Assembly (NCBI GenBank): GCA_965224085.1
Contig: CBDCYI010000004.1
Coordinates: forward strand, 64,001 to 128,000
From: Candidatus Marinacidobacterales bacterium
GTDB taxonomy: Bacteria > Acidobacteriota > Vicinamibacteria > Marinacidobacterales > SMYC01
Length of the DNA stretch: 64,000 nt
Direction: 5' to 3'
Shown here: one piece after another, positions 1 through 9,543 of the stretch
Position numbering within the stretch: the stretch's first letter is position 1
Layout: every line of letters starts with the position of its first letter
Made by a program: the position numbers and the translations under genes
The notes under the pieces: generated by a model
Told to the model about the DNA's origin: nothing
Seen by the model: only the letters and a program-made list of their open reading frames with translations
Database searches by the model: none

Positions 1-105
1 CACAGGACGCCACCATCTTGGGCGTTGGTCAGCCGAGTTTTAATTAACTTGACAACACCTGCGAGAAGACTTTCCGGCCCCGATGACGCCTGCGTCAGAG
101 AGACT

Positions 106-420
106 TCAGTCTCTCGCTACCGCGAACAGACTCTTAACCGCTACGACCAACGTGCCCACCATGAAGATCACGAGATTCGCGATGATCCGGGTCACCAGCT
201 CTCCGATGTAGGGGATCGCTCCGACGGCGTTTGCCGCTACGATCAACGCTATCGCTGCTAAGAGGAAAGTCTGCCTCTCCTTGTCACTGATATTCAAGAA
301 TCCGACGATCAGGCCGAGCACTGCGAGTACCCAGCCAAACCAGGCCTGTTCAAAGCCTAAGCCTCCGGCCACAGCTATCACTAGTCCAACGATAAAAGCG
401 CCCTTGCCCACTAGCACCAT
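106..420 (-). CDS. small hypothetical membrane protein (about 4 TM)
   Basis: 104-aa hydrophobic ORF with an AGGAGG-like RBS just upstream of the ATG. Confidence 0.75.
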   Translation of the reverse strand: MVLVGKGAFIVGLVIAVAGGLGFEQAWFGWVLAVLGLIVGFLNISDKERQTFLLAAIALIVAANAVGAIPYIGELVTRIIANLVIFMVGTLVVAVKSLFAVARD

Positions 421-869
421 TTGCTCCCTCCTTACCTAGGAAACGGAATTGCAGGTAGTGGGGTCTTTTGAAATTTCGATGCTCGATTCCACGCGCCACT
501 GACCTGACCCCACGGTTAGTGCCACGTTGTATCTCATTAATTCGGTGCTGACAAGGGCTGGTTGAAGGCGTCGGAGCGGAGCGCAGCCGGCCTCCACCAA
601 ATAGCTTCCGGCGGCGGAAACACCAACTGCGCGCCCCGTCCTGTGCCAAAACTCGGCCCTTTTGGAGTATTTTGACCAGACGCGTTCAAGTTCTTGGACA
701 CGACGGGGTGGCTCATCAGGTCGTGTAGTTGGACTTGCGAAGTTCTAACCGGGCCCAGAGGAAACCACGACCAAGACTCATAACGACTTGGCCGAGCACC
801 TTTCCGATGAGGACGAAGAAGTGGAGCAACTTCGGAGGGTCGCGTGTGAGCGAACCGAGGCGTCGGCCG

Positions 870-1360
870 TCAGATGGTGATGCCGTGGTCACCCGGTGCG
901 CGGCCGGTGCGGAACGCGTGATAAGCGAGCGCGCAGGCAACAACCGTGTCCGGCGGGTGATCGTTGCCAAAGAGAGCATCCACGCTGCAGTACTTGTGCT
1001 CGCGGTAGAACGGTTCGAGCCGCGGCATCTTGAGCTCATGCCGTTCGAGCGCCGCGATGTAACTGATAAAAAGGTCCCGGCGTTGACGCCCCGTCATTTG
1101 AAAATCGATGACTTCGCGTGCCGTTACGTACTCGGCGACCACGGACCCACCGCCGGTGGCATCGTGAGCGACCGGCCCCGGGTAGCGAACCGCGGCGCTA
1201 TTCAGCAAGTCGATCATGACAGGCCATGGACGCCGGTGAGTGCGAACGGCGGCCACTAGCTGGAGCGGGGTCACGTCACACTTTAGGGTTACCACCACCG
1301 TGAAGTCGACCGCTTGCGCCCAGTCGGCACCGTGGGCGTATCGGCCGGGGCGAGGCTGCT
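870..1360 (-). pseudogene. phage terminase large subunit, C-terminal nuclease domain fragment
   Basis: Motifs HGADWAQAVDFTV, HDATGGG and HPPDTVVACALA resemble TerL RNaseH-like nuclease motifs; ATPase domain absent. Confidence 0.6.
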
Positions 1361-1960
1361 TCCCCGGTCCGTCGTGCACGACCTCCCACCGGGTCGATGA
1401 TAGACTGCACGTGCCCGGGCAAGATTTCCATGGCGTGGCAGACGCGTCCGAGTCGTTCCGCAGCAATTACCGCGGTGCCGCTGCCAGCAAATGGGTCGTA
1501 CATCGCCTCGCCAGGCTCGGTATGGTTCAACAGCGGTGTCTCGAAGAGGGCTACCGGTTTTTGGGTCGCGTGTCCCGTCGGCGCGTTCGCCGCCGCCGCG
1601 TCACCGCGGAAAGGGTTATTGTTTGGCACCGACCAGATCGTCGTCTGTGTGCGGTCGCCCTTCCACCGGGACGCGCGACCCGTCCGCACCGCATACCAAC
1701 AGGCCTCATGCTGCCAATGATAATCGCCACGGCTCAACGCGGTCGCGACCACCCCGCCGTAAAGGCTCGCGTGCCAGCAATACGCAACATTCCCCGGAAA
1801 CAGCTGGAACGCCGCCGTCCAGTCGACACGGTCATCATTGGCCACGGGACCCACCGCATGTGCCCTGCCGCCATCGACCCTCGCCCGCCAGCTCGGATCG
1901 TATTCCACGCCGTAGGGCGGATCGGTAGCCATGAGTTCGGGCCTCGACCCAACGTCACCG
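1361..1960 (-). pseudogene. phage-type N6/N4 DNA methyltransferase, truncated and internally deleted
   Basis: DPPY, SRGDYHWQHE, HATQKPV and YDPFAGSGT motifs; N-terminus missing; the IIW-containing segment before SRGDY is missing. Confidence 0.8.
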
Positions 1961-2078
1961 GTGCTAAGACTACTCGACTTGGTGCGTGAACCCTATGGCG
2001 GCCCTTACGAAAAGCGTGCCGTTAGCACTAGAGTGAACAGCGTTCGGAACGACGACCCGGACATTCTTGCTCCTAGGT

Positions 2079-3166
2079 GGCGTTGTTGCACCGCTCTTGG
2101 CTGAGCGCGAAATCTACCCTATGGTGGTGGCCGAGGTAATGTTCGACCATGAAGTATCCCAAGCGCAGCCAGTACAAACACGCGAAGCAGAAGAAGTACC
2201 ACGTTTCCAACTGGGCGGAATACAACGAAGGGCTGCGCCGCCGGGGCGATTTGACGGTCTGGTTTGACGAGGAGGCAATCGCGAACTGGAAGGCCGACAA
2301 GAGCGGTAAGCCTGGCGGTCAACGGGTCTATTCAGAGATGGCGATTGAAACGGGCCTGGTTGTCCGGATGGTGTACAAGCTTGCCTACCGCCAAACCGAA
2401 GGCTTCTTGCACTCGATCGCCTCGCTTCTCCGGCTGTGTATCGAGATCCCGGACTACTCGACGTTGTGTCGGCGGTCGAGGCTGCTCCGCAAGAAGCTGC
2501 GGATTCGGAAAGCCGCAAGCAATCAACCAATCCACCTGATGATCGATAGCACGGGCTTGAGGATTCATGTTGGAACCACCCGCAAACCGCCAAAGCAGCG
2601 CGCCTGGCGCAAGTTGCACATCGCCGTTGATCGCAAGACCGGCAACATTGTTGCGTCCGAACTGACGGTGTCACGAGCTCGCGACGCAACGCGAGTCCCC
2701 CCTTTGCTAACACAGATTCAAGCACCTATAGCGTCGGTGGCGGCGGACAGTGCATACGACAAGGAAGCGGTCTACGAAGCCATCGAAGCGCACAGCCCTG
2801 GACGAAGGACGCGCGTGGTGATTCCGCCGCAACGAAACGCCACGCTCAGTCAGAATTCGAACACCGCCATGCGGGAACGCGACCGCCATATTCGTGCCAT
2901 CGAAAGACACGGCCGACGTGAATGGTACAAGCTCTCAGGCTGCACCGAGCGAAGCATGGTGGAGAACGCGGTCTATCGTTACAAGGCGATCATGGGGCCC
3001 GAGATGCGGGCTCGAACGTTGGCGAGGCAACGAGTTGAACACCGAATTGGGTGCGAGATACTCAACAAGATGACCGCGCTCGGTATGCCCGATACTTACT
3101 GCGCCGGGTGACTCTCCGACCGGCACAGGGAGGTCAGCGATTTGCTCCGGGCCGTGCAACAACGCC
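2079..3166 (+). mobile_element. IS5-family (IS903-like) insertion sequence, 1088 bp
   Basis: 13-bp perfect terminal inverted repeats GGCGTTGTTGCAC at 2079-2091 and 3154-3166 enclose the transposase; no matching direct repeats in the flanks. Confidence 0.9.
2149..3111 (+). CDS. IS5-family DDE transposase (intact ORF)
   Basis: NWAEYNEGLRRRGDLTVW, PDYSTLCRR, IDSTG, WRKLH, ADSAYD and RSMVEN motifs. Confidence 0.92.
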   Translation: MKYPKRSQYKHAKQKKYHVSNWAEYNEGLRRRGDLTVWFDEEAIANWKADKSGKPGGQRVYSEMAIETGLVVRMVYKLAYRQTEGFLHSIASLLRLCIEIPDYSTLCRRSRLLRKKLRIRKAASNQPIHLMIDSTGLRIHVGTTRKPPKQRAWRKLHIAVDRKTGNIVASELTVSRARDATRVPPLLTQIQAPIASVAADSAYDKEAVYEAIEAHSPGRRTRVVIPPQRNATLSQNSNTAMRERDRHIRAIERHGRREWYKLSGCTERSMVENAVYRYKAIMGPEMRARTLARQRVEHRIGCEILNKMTALGMPDTYCAG

Positions 3167-3224
3167 TACAAATTGTGCGGTTTAATTGGGATGGAGGCGC
3201 AGGCGATTGGGGTTAGTAGCTGAA

Positions 3225-3485
3225 CTACTTTTTCCAGCGGGATTGAGCCGCTTTACGGGCAATCTCTGACCGACGCTTAGGGGTTAGTTTCTTTGACCTA
3301 GCTGGCCCGCCAACGCGGCCAGCCTTGCGCGCTCGTTCAATAAGCCTCTCGTTCTTTTCGGCGGATTCGAGTGGCGTCCCGTCGAGGTGTTCGCCGATGG
3401 CTTGCTCTAGAATTGAGCGGGCCTTCACGGTGAAGTCGTGATCCTTCGATGTGCCTTCCCGTTTCTTCGCTATTCCGCCTGGCAT
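3225..3485 (-). CDS. small basic protein with a GG..AR..KLT..RRSEIARKAA..RW motif
   Basis: 86-aa Lys/Arg-rich ORF just inside the right inverted repeat. Confidence 0.65.
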   Translation of the reverse strand: MPGGIAKKREGTSKDHDFTVKARSILEQAIGEHLDGTPLESAEKNERLIERARKAGRVGGPARSKKLTPKRRSEIARKAAQSRWKK

Positions 3486-3564
3486 CGTCTACCCATGCTG
3501 ACAGAGGCGTACGCAGCAATCAATACCTCATGATTTCAAAAGACCCCACTACCCTGAATGCTGG

Positions 3565-4616
3565 CTACTTCAATGCTTCCATGATCTCGAGAAGCACGCT
3601 TTGCGGAGGACGGATTCTGTCGAGCCGCAAGGTGGCGAGCGGCTCGTCGACAGGTTCAAAAGCTCGATGAGGTTTTGCTTTTTAGTATCGACATAGATGA
3701 GCCCGGTGAGGAATTGCTGCTTTTCACCAGAATCCAGGAGCAGCTCGAGCGCGGTCCGGCGATCGGTCGGATCGTAGTCGCGCTCGATCTTCTTAAGAAT
3801 GATGTGCGAGCCGTCATGGAGCTCCACATCGGCCCTCTCACCTTCTTCATATTCAATATCGATGTCCTCGAAGAACGGCACGAAGTCGACTTCCTGAATG
3901 AGCTCCTCGTTCTCTTTCCCCCACGTGTAGCTCTTGGTCGAACCCGCGTGGTTGTTGAATGTTACGCAAGGGCTGATGATGTCGAGAACCGCCGTGCCAT
4001 TATGCCCAAAGGCTCCCTTCAGGAGGGCTACGACCTGCTTCGGGTCACCGGCGAATGACCGGGCGACGTAAGTCGCGCCGAGCTCGACGGCCAGACCGCA
4101 CAGATCGATTGCTGGCAGGTCGTTCACGACGCCCGTCTTGAGCTTCGACCCAAGATCCGCGGTCGCGGAGAACTGGCCTTTGGTGAGCCCGTAGACGCCG
4201 TTGTTCTCGACGATGTAAACGATCGGGAGGTTCCGGCGCAAGAGATGGACGAACTGACCGATCCCAATCGACGCCGTGTCGCCATCGCCGGAGACGCCGA
4301 CGGCGACGAGGTCGCGGTTCGCGAGAACACTACCGGTGGCAACGGACGGCATGCGGCCGTGCACGGCGTTGAAGCCATGGCTTTGGCTCAGCCAATAAGC
4401 AGGTGTTTTCGAAGAGCAGCCGATGCCCGAGAGCTTCGCCACCCGATGTGGCTCGATGCCATATTCGTAGAACGCTTTGACGAGCTGGCTGCTGATCGAG
4501 TCGTGCCCGCAGCCTTTGCACAACGTGGACGGCTTTCCTTTGTAGTCCGCTTGCGCGAGCCCCAAGCGGTTGACCTTCTTCTTCAATGCAGCCGCAGGTT
4601 GTGCCGTAGTTGCCAT
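3565..4616 (-). CDS. korB: 2-oxoacid:ferredoxin oxidoreductase beta subunit (1-bp frameshift near 3652)
   Basis: LCKGCGH, SGIGCSSK and GDGD TPP motif; native C-terminus VDEPLATLRLDRIRPPQSVLLEIMEALK* lies in another frame ending at 3565. Confidence 0.9.
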
Positions 4617-4647
4617 GGTCTTATCTCCCAATCTCGTTGCGCCAGCG

Positions 4648-6501
4648 TCAGGCCGAGGGACGTTCCGACTCCTTCGCGAGGAGTTTTTCGGTCACCGATC
4701 GCGCGTCGATCGGGTGTCCGTCATAATTCAAAATACTGCAGAGCTTTTTGAGAAGCTCCGGGCGGTGGGCAAGCTCGAGCTTGATGAGCTGCATTACCTG
4801 AGCGTCATGGTTCTGCTCCACGACGTAGACCCGCTCGTTTTGATCGACAAAGGGCTCGAGCTCTTCGTTGAACGGAAGTGCGCGAACGCGCATGTAGCTC
4901 GCCCTAAGATCGCTCTCGTTTTTCAACTGATCGCGGGACTCAACGATCGCCCAATGCGTCGAGCCGTAAGCGATGATCCCGATCTCGGCGCCATCAACGG
5001 CATCGATCACCGGGGCAGGCACGTGCTTGCGTGCCGTATCGAACTTGCGCTGCAGACGGTCCATCAACTTTAGATAGTCGTCGGGGCGCTCCGTATATTC
5101 CGCGTAGGCGTTGTGACCGCTTCCGCGGGTGAAGTAAGCCGCGCGAGCGTGTTTGGTTCCGGGAAGCGTGCGATAGGGGACGCCATCGCCGTCCACATCC
5201 TTGTAACGGCCCCAGTCGCTTACCTTCTCGAGCTCCTCCGCATCGAGCACCTTGCCTCGGTCGATCGGCTGTTCCGGATAGGCGAACGGGTCGGACATCC
5301 AGATATTCATGCCCAGATCCAGGTCGGACATGACGAAAACCGGGGTCTGGAACCGCTCCGCTAAATCGAAGGACGTGCCGCCGAACTCAAAACATTCCTG
5401 AACCAAGGAAGGGAACAGCAAGATGTGTTTGGTGTCGCCGTGGGAAAGCAAGTACGTGCTGAGAATGTCGCCCTGCGCTGTACGCGTCGGAAGTCCTGTG
5501 GATGGTCCCACGCGTTGGATGTTCCAAATGACGGCCGGGATCTCGGCGAAGTATCCGAGCCCGACGAATTCCGACATGAGCGAGATGCCGGGTCCGCTCG
5601 AAGAGGTCAGCGAGCGCGCTCCCGCCCAGGCGGCGCCGAGCACCATCCCGATCGCAGCGAGCTCGTCCTCGGCTTGAACGACCGCGAAAGTAGCCTTTCC
5701 CGTCTCTTTGTCGATACGATGCTCCTTCATGTAGTGAATGAGAGATTCGACGAGACTCGAAGACGGCGTGATGGGATACCACGTCACGACGGTGACGCCG
5801 CCAAACATCGCTCCGAGGGCGCCGGCGGCATTCCCGTCGATGAGAATCTTGCCCGCGGTCTCGTCCATCCGCTCGACGCGCAACGCATCCGCCTTCTTCA
5901 AGTTCTTCTCGGCATATTCGAAGCCGACATCGATCGCTTTGACGTTGAGCTCAACCGCCTTGGCTTTCGCTTTGAACTGCTTCGAGATCGCATGTTGAAT
6001 CTCCTCGCGTTCGATCGAGAGCAGATGACCGACGACACCCACATAGATCATGTTCGCGAGCAGTTTCCGGAGCCGCGGCTCGTGGATCACGTCTTTGGCG
6101 AGCTCGCCGAAGGGCACCGGGTAGAAGATCAAATCGTCCCTCACGTTGTCGAGCCCGAGACTCTGCTCATAAACAACGGTGGCACCGGGATTCAGCGACT
6201 GCACGTCCTCGCGCGCGGTTTGCGGGTTCATCGCGATCAGCATATCGACATCGCGTTTTCTCGCGACGTAGCTGTGCTTGCTCGCGCGGATGGTGAACCA
6301 CGTCGGAAGGCCTTGAATGTTCGAAGGGAACAGATTCTTACCGCTGACGGGAATACCCATCTGGAAAATGGCGCGCATCAAAACACTGTTCGAAGATTGG
6401 CTCCCCGATCCGTTGATGGTGGCGATTTGGATCGAAAAGTCGTTGACGATGCTCGATTGGACGTCGGGCTCCGACTTGCCTACGACGGTCTCGGTTGACA
6501 T
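4648..6501 (-). CDS. korA: 2-oxoacid:ferredoxin oxidoreductase alpha subunit (gamma-alpha fusion)
   Basis: YPITPSS, QAEDELAA, SSGPG and QRVGPSTGLPT motifs; adjacent to the beta subunit. Confidence 0.93.
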   Translation of the reverse strand: MSTETVVGKSEPDVQSSIVNDFSIQIATINGSGSQSSNSVLMRAIFQMGIPVSGKNLFPSNIQGLPTWFTIRASKHSYVARKRDVDMLIAMNPQTAREDVQSLNPGATVVYEQSLGLDNVRDDLIFYPVPFGELAKDVIHEPRLRKLLANMIYVGVVGHLLSIEREEIQHAISKQFKAKAKAVELNVKAIDVGFEYAEKNLKKADALRVERMDETAGKILIDGNAAGALGAMFGGVTVVTWYPITPSSSLVESLIHYMKEHRIDKETGKATFAVVQAEDELAAIGMVLGAAWAGARSLTSSSGPGISLMSEFVGLGYFAEIPAVIWNIQRVGPSTGLPTRTAQGDILSTYLLSHGDTKHILLFPSLVQECFEFGGTSFDLAERFQTPVFVMSDLDLGMNIWMSDPFAYPEQPIDRGKVLDAEELEKVSDWGRYKDVDGDGVPYRTLPGTKHARAAYFTRGSGHNAYAEYTERPDDYLKLMDRLQRKFDTARKHVPAPVIDAVDGAEIGIIAYGSTHWAIVESRDQLKNESDLRASYMRVRALPFNEELEPFVDQNERVYVVEQNHDAQVMQLIKLELAHRPELLKKLCSILNYDGHPIDARSVTEKLLAKESERPSA

Positions 6502-6624
6502 GTAATCTCCAATTGGCAGAGCTTTTTGCGGCTCAACGTGGTCGACGTTCTATTGGCGATCATAGCAAATAGGAACTTGTGAACGTAAGCGTTCAGAGGA
6601 CAAAAATTTAACTTTTTCCACGGT

Positions 6625-8019
6625 TTACGGCTTTCCAAGGACCACCTCCGCGCGCTTGCGGCGAAACCCGTAGCGGGCGATTTTGTAGTGCAGCGCCCGA
6701 GGACTGATGCCGAGAATACTCGCGGCCTTTTGCCGGTGATCGGTGAGCTCTTCGAGCGTACGCCGGATCACGATCTCTTCGACTTTGCGCAGCGGCGTCC
6801 CGAGCTGAATGAAAATCTGCCGTCCTGCACCGCCCTCGTGCACCATTTCCGGAGGCAGGTGCTCCGGGCGGATCGTGCCCGCATATACCGTGACGGTGAG
6901 CCTCTCGATGACGTTCCGGAGCTCCCGGATGTTGCCGGGCCAGTCGTAGTGCGACAGCGCTTCCATCGCGTCCCGCGAGAACCGTTTCGCGGGCTTGCCG
7001 CTCATGCGCGCGAATTCCTGTAGAAAGGCATCGACGAGGAGGGGGATGTCCTCCCTCCGCTCGCGCAAAGACGGCAGATGGATGGGCACGACTGCGAGTC
7101 GATAGTAGAGGTCCTGGCGGAACCGGCCAGCTCCGACCTCCTGCAACAGGTCCTTATTGGTGGCCGCGATGATGCGCACGTCGACGCGGACGAGCTTGTC
7201 TCCGCCGAGCCGTCGGAACTCTCGCTCCTGGAGCACTCTCAGGAACTCGACCTGGGTCTTTGCGCTCATCTCGCCCACCTCGTCGAGGAACAGCGTCCCG
7301 CCATCGGCAAGCTCGAACCTTCCCGGCTTGGCGTCGATGGCGCCGGTAAAAGCGCCCCGCTCGAACCCGAAGAGCTCGCTCTCGAGGAGCCCCTCGGGAA
7401 GGGCGCCACAATTGATCGACACGAACGGATGGTCCTTCCTCCGGCTTCGTTTGTGGATGGCCTTCGCGACGAGCTCTTTCCCCGTGCCGCTGTTCCCCGT
7501 CAAGAGCGCGGTGGCGGACGTATCGGCGACTTGACTCGCGATTTCGTAGACTTCTGTGATGAGGCGGCTCTTACCGACCACGTTCCCGTATTCGTCTTTG
7601 AGCGAGAGCCGTTGGCGCAGCGAACGGTTTTCTTCCGAGAGACGGCGTCTTTCAAGGGCCTTATGCACAAGCACGGGGAGCCGGTTCGGGTCGAGCGGTT
7701 TGACCAAGTAGTCGAAAGCGCCTTCTCGCATCGCCGAAACGGCCGCCTCCACGGAGCCTTCGCCCGCCTGGGTCGTCAGAATGAACTCCGTCTCGGGCGC
7801 GGATTGTTTCACGCGGGACAAGTGGCGAGACCATTCGCCTTGGAGCAAGTCCATGTCCAAGATGATGAGGCCGTAGCGAGAAAGCACCGGCTTGCGCAAG
7901 TCTGCGGCGATTTCAACGCTCAACCCGCAGACTTCTAGCCATTCCGCCGCGCGCCTGCCGTCTGCCTCGACGGAGTCGAGAACGAGGACGCGATCGGAAG
8001 CGGGGTCTCGAATGGTCAC
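6625..8019 (-). CDS. sigma54-dependent NtrC-family regulator (receiver-like + AAA+ + Fis HTH)
   Basis: GNSGTGKELVA, GAFTGA, WPGNIRELRN motifs. Confidence 0.92.
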   Translation of the reverse strand: MTIRDPASDRVLVLDSVEADGRRAAEWLEVCGLSVEIAADLRKPVLSRYGLIILDMDLLQGEWSRHLSRVKQSAPETEFILTTQAGEGSVEAAVSAMREGAFDYLVKPLDPNRLPVLVHKALERRRLSEENRSLRQRLSLKDEYGNVVGKSRLITEVYEIASQVADTSATALLTGNSGTGKELVAKAIHKRSRRKDHPFVSINCGALPEGLLESELFGFERGAFTGAIDAKPGRFELADGGTLFLDEVGEMSAKTQVEFLRVLQEREFRRLGGDKLVRVDVRIIAATNKDLLQEVGAGRFRQDLYYRLAVVPIHLPSLRERREDIPLLVDAFLQEFARMSGKPAKRFSRDAMEALSHYDWPGNIRELRNVIERLTVTVYAGTIRPEHLPPEMVHEGGAGRQIFIQLGTPLRKVEEIVIRRTLEELTDHRQKAASILGISPRALHYKIARYGFRRKRAEVVLGKP

Positions 8020-8033
8020 GGTGCTACCGCACG

Positions 8034-8297
8034 TTAAAAACCCAGAAAACGGTGAAGGCGAAGTCCGATGAGAAGCCGCTTGGCCTCAGGCAACGATGGC
8101 GACGTCGCGACGAGCCGCTCCGCCTCTTCGAAGGCCTCCCGATAACGCCCGGCGCGGCCGAGATGGGATGCGAGAGAGTGCCGAAGACGGACGTTAGCAG
8201 GCTCTTCTCGGAGTCGTCGTTGCATGAACGCAATGAGATTACCGAAGGGTGAACGGGGCTGTCTGCGCTTCAGGATGTTTCGCCAAGATGAATGCAT
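8034..8297 (-). CDS. small TPR-like protein
   Basis: LREEPANVRLRHSLASHLGRAGRYREAFEEA resembles a TPR; lies between a sigma54 promoter and the regulator gene. Confidence 0.55.
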   Translation of the reverse strand: MHSSWRNILKRRQPRSPFGNLIAFMQRRLREEPANVRLRHSLASHLGRAGRYREAFEEAERLVATSPSLPEAKRLLIGLRLHRFLGF

Positions 8298-8333
8298 GTT
8301 TTCAGTCCTTCCCAAGTATCGTGCGCAAAAGAA

Positions 8334-8349
8334 AGCAACTGCCGTGCCA
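8334..8349 (-). promoter_or_regulatory. sigma54 (-24/-12) promoter
   Basis: Minus strand reads TGGCACGGCAGTTGCT, matching TGGCACG-N4-TTGCW. Confidence 0.85.
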
Positions 8350-8422
8350 GATGTACACTAAAGAGACAAGCCTATTGTTTGCATCGTTTAGAAAATCCCA
8401 CTCTAGACCCAATAAGGGGGCA

Positions 8423-8440
8423 ATATTTGCAAATATGCAA
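8423..8440. promoter_or_regulatory. palindromic candidate enhancer (UAS)
   Basis: Perfect palindrome ATATTTGCAAATAT (8423-8436) overlapping TTGCAAATATGCAA, about 75-90 bp upstream of the sigma54 promoter. Confidence 0.5.
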
Positions 8441-8644
8441 TAGTTGCACATACAAATCACTCTATATCAATGGCTCCCTGGCATCAAGATCGCGGAAGAC
8501 ACCGCAAAATCGAATATAAGCTGATTCATTTCAATGATTACATACTACGCATTTTTTTCGCATCACCGACCTAACGTATACGCACTTATTGCAGATTTGA
8601 AGCACTCCCAGCTCCGAATAGCGTGGAGTAAATTTGGGCGCGTC

Positions 8645-8674
8645 TTGACAGGCTGGCGATAGCGCCTCTACACT
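8645..8674 (+). promoter_or_regulatory. sigma70-type promoter for ku-ligase
   Basis: TTGACA-N18-TACACT, followed by a GGAGG RBS and the ku ATG. Confidence 0.6.
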
Positions 8675-8695
8675 CGACTTTCGGAGGAACGCGAC

Positions 8696-9511
8696 ATGAG
8701 ACCAACGTGGAAGGGCTTTCTCAAGCTTTCGCTGGTGAACATACCCGTCCGTCTTTATCCGGCCGCCCGTTCCCAATCTCTTTCTTTCAACCAGATCCAT
8801 AAGGAGTGCAACAGTCGCATCAAGTTAGACAAGCGCTGTCCCAATTGTGAGCGCAGCGTCTCGAACGACGAGCTGGTGAAGGGCTACCAATACGCGAAAG
8901 AGCAGTACGTCATCATGGACGAGGAGGACTTCACCAAGGTCCGACTCGAAACGACGAAGTCGATCAATATCGTCCAATTCGTCGAGCGTGGTGAAATCGA
9001 TCCGCTCTACTACCACGGCTCGCACTACATCGTGCCCGACGGGCCTGTCGCGGTGGAGAGCTTCGCCACCATTCGGCAAGCCGCGGAAGACAAAGAGCGG
9101 ATCGGGCTCGCCCGCGTCGTGATGAACGGAAAAGAGCAGGTCGCCGCGATCCGCCCGCGGGAGCGAGCGTTCGTCATGTCGGCGCTTTATTACGCCAATG
9201 AAGTGCGAGCCCTTTCCGGTATCGAAGAGCTCGAAGCAACACCCGAGCTCAATCCCGAAGAGCTGCAGCTCGCCTCTCAGCTGATCGACTCCATCACCAC
9301 GGCTTTCGAGCCCCAGGAGTTCGAAGACAACTACCGCAAGAAGCTTCTCGAGATCATTAAAGCCAAAGCCGAGGGTAAAGAGATCGTGGCGCCTCCCGAG
9401 GTCGAGACTGGAAAAGTCATCAATCTCATGGACGCGTTGAAAACGAGCCTGGAGCAAAGCCACCTCGCGCCACCCGAGGCCGGCGAGATCGCAAAGGCCG
9501 CGGGCGAGTAA
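8696..9511 (+). CDS. ku: NHEJ DNA end-binding protein Ku
   Basis: MRPTWKGFLKLSLVNIPVRLY, LVKGYQY and VINLMDALKTSL motifs. Confidence 0.95.
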   Translation: MRPTWKGFLKLSLVNIPVRLYPAARSQSLSFNQIHKECNSRIKLDKRCPNCERSVSNDELVKGYQYAKEQYVIMDEEDFTKVRLETTKSINIVQFVERGEIDPLYYHGSHYIVPDGPVAVESFATIRQAAEDKERIGLARVVMNGKEQVAAIRPRERAFVMSALYYANEVRALSGIEELEATPELNPEELQLASQLIDSITTAFEPQEFEDNYRKKLLEIIKAKAEGKEIVAPPEVETGKVINLMDALKTSLEQSHLAPPEAGEIAKAAGE

Positions 9512-9543
9512 GCGCGACGCCGAGCCATTCTGGCCATTCAAGA

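Larger units (their letters stand above)
454..3553. mobile_element. 3.1 kb element bounded by perfect 21-bp terminal inverted repeats (IS1-like GGTAGTG ends); no cognate transposase visible
   Basis: GGTAGTGGGGTCTTTTGAAAT at 454-474 and its exact reverse complement at 3533-3553; no target-site duplication seen. Confidence 0.7.

Noticed and set aside
3570-3660. Novel Cys-containing C-terminus of KorB in the ORF track
   Set aside because: Produced by a 1-bp frameshift; the normal tail is in the adjacent frame
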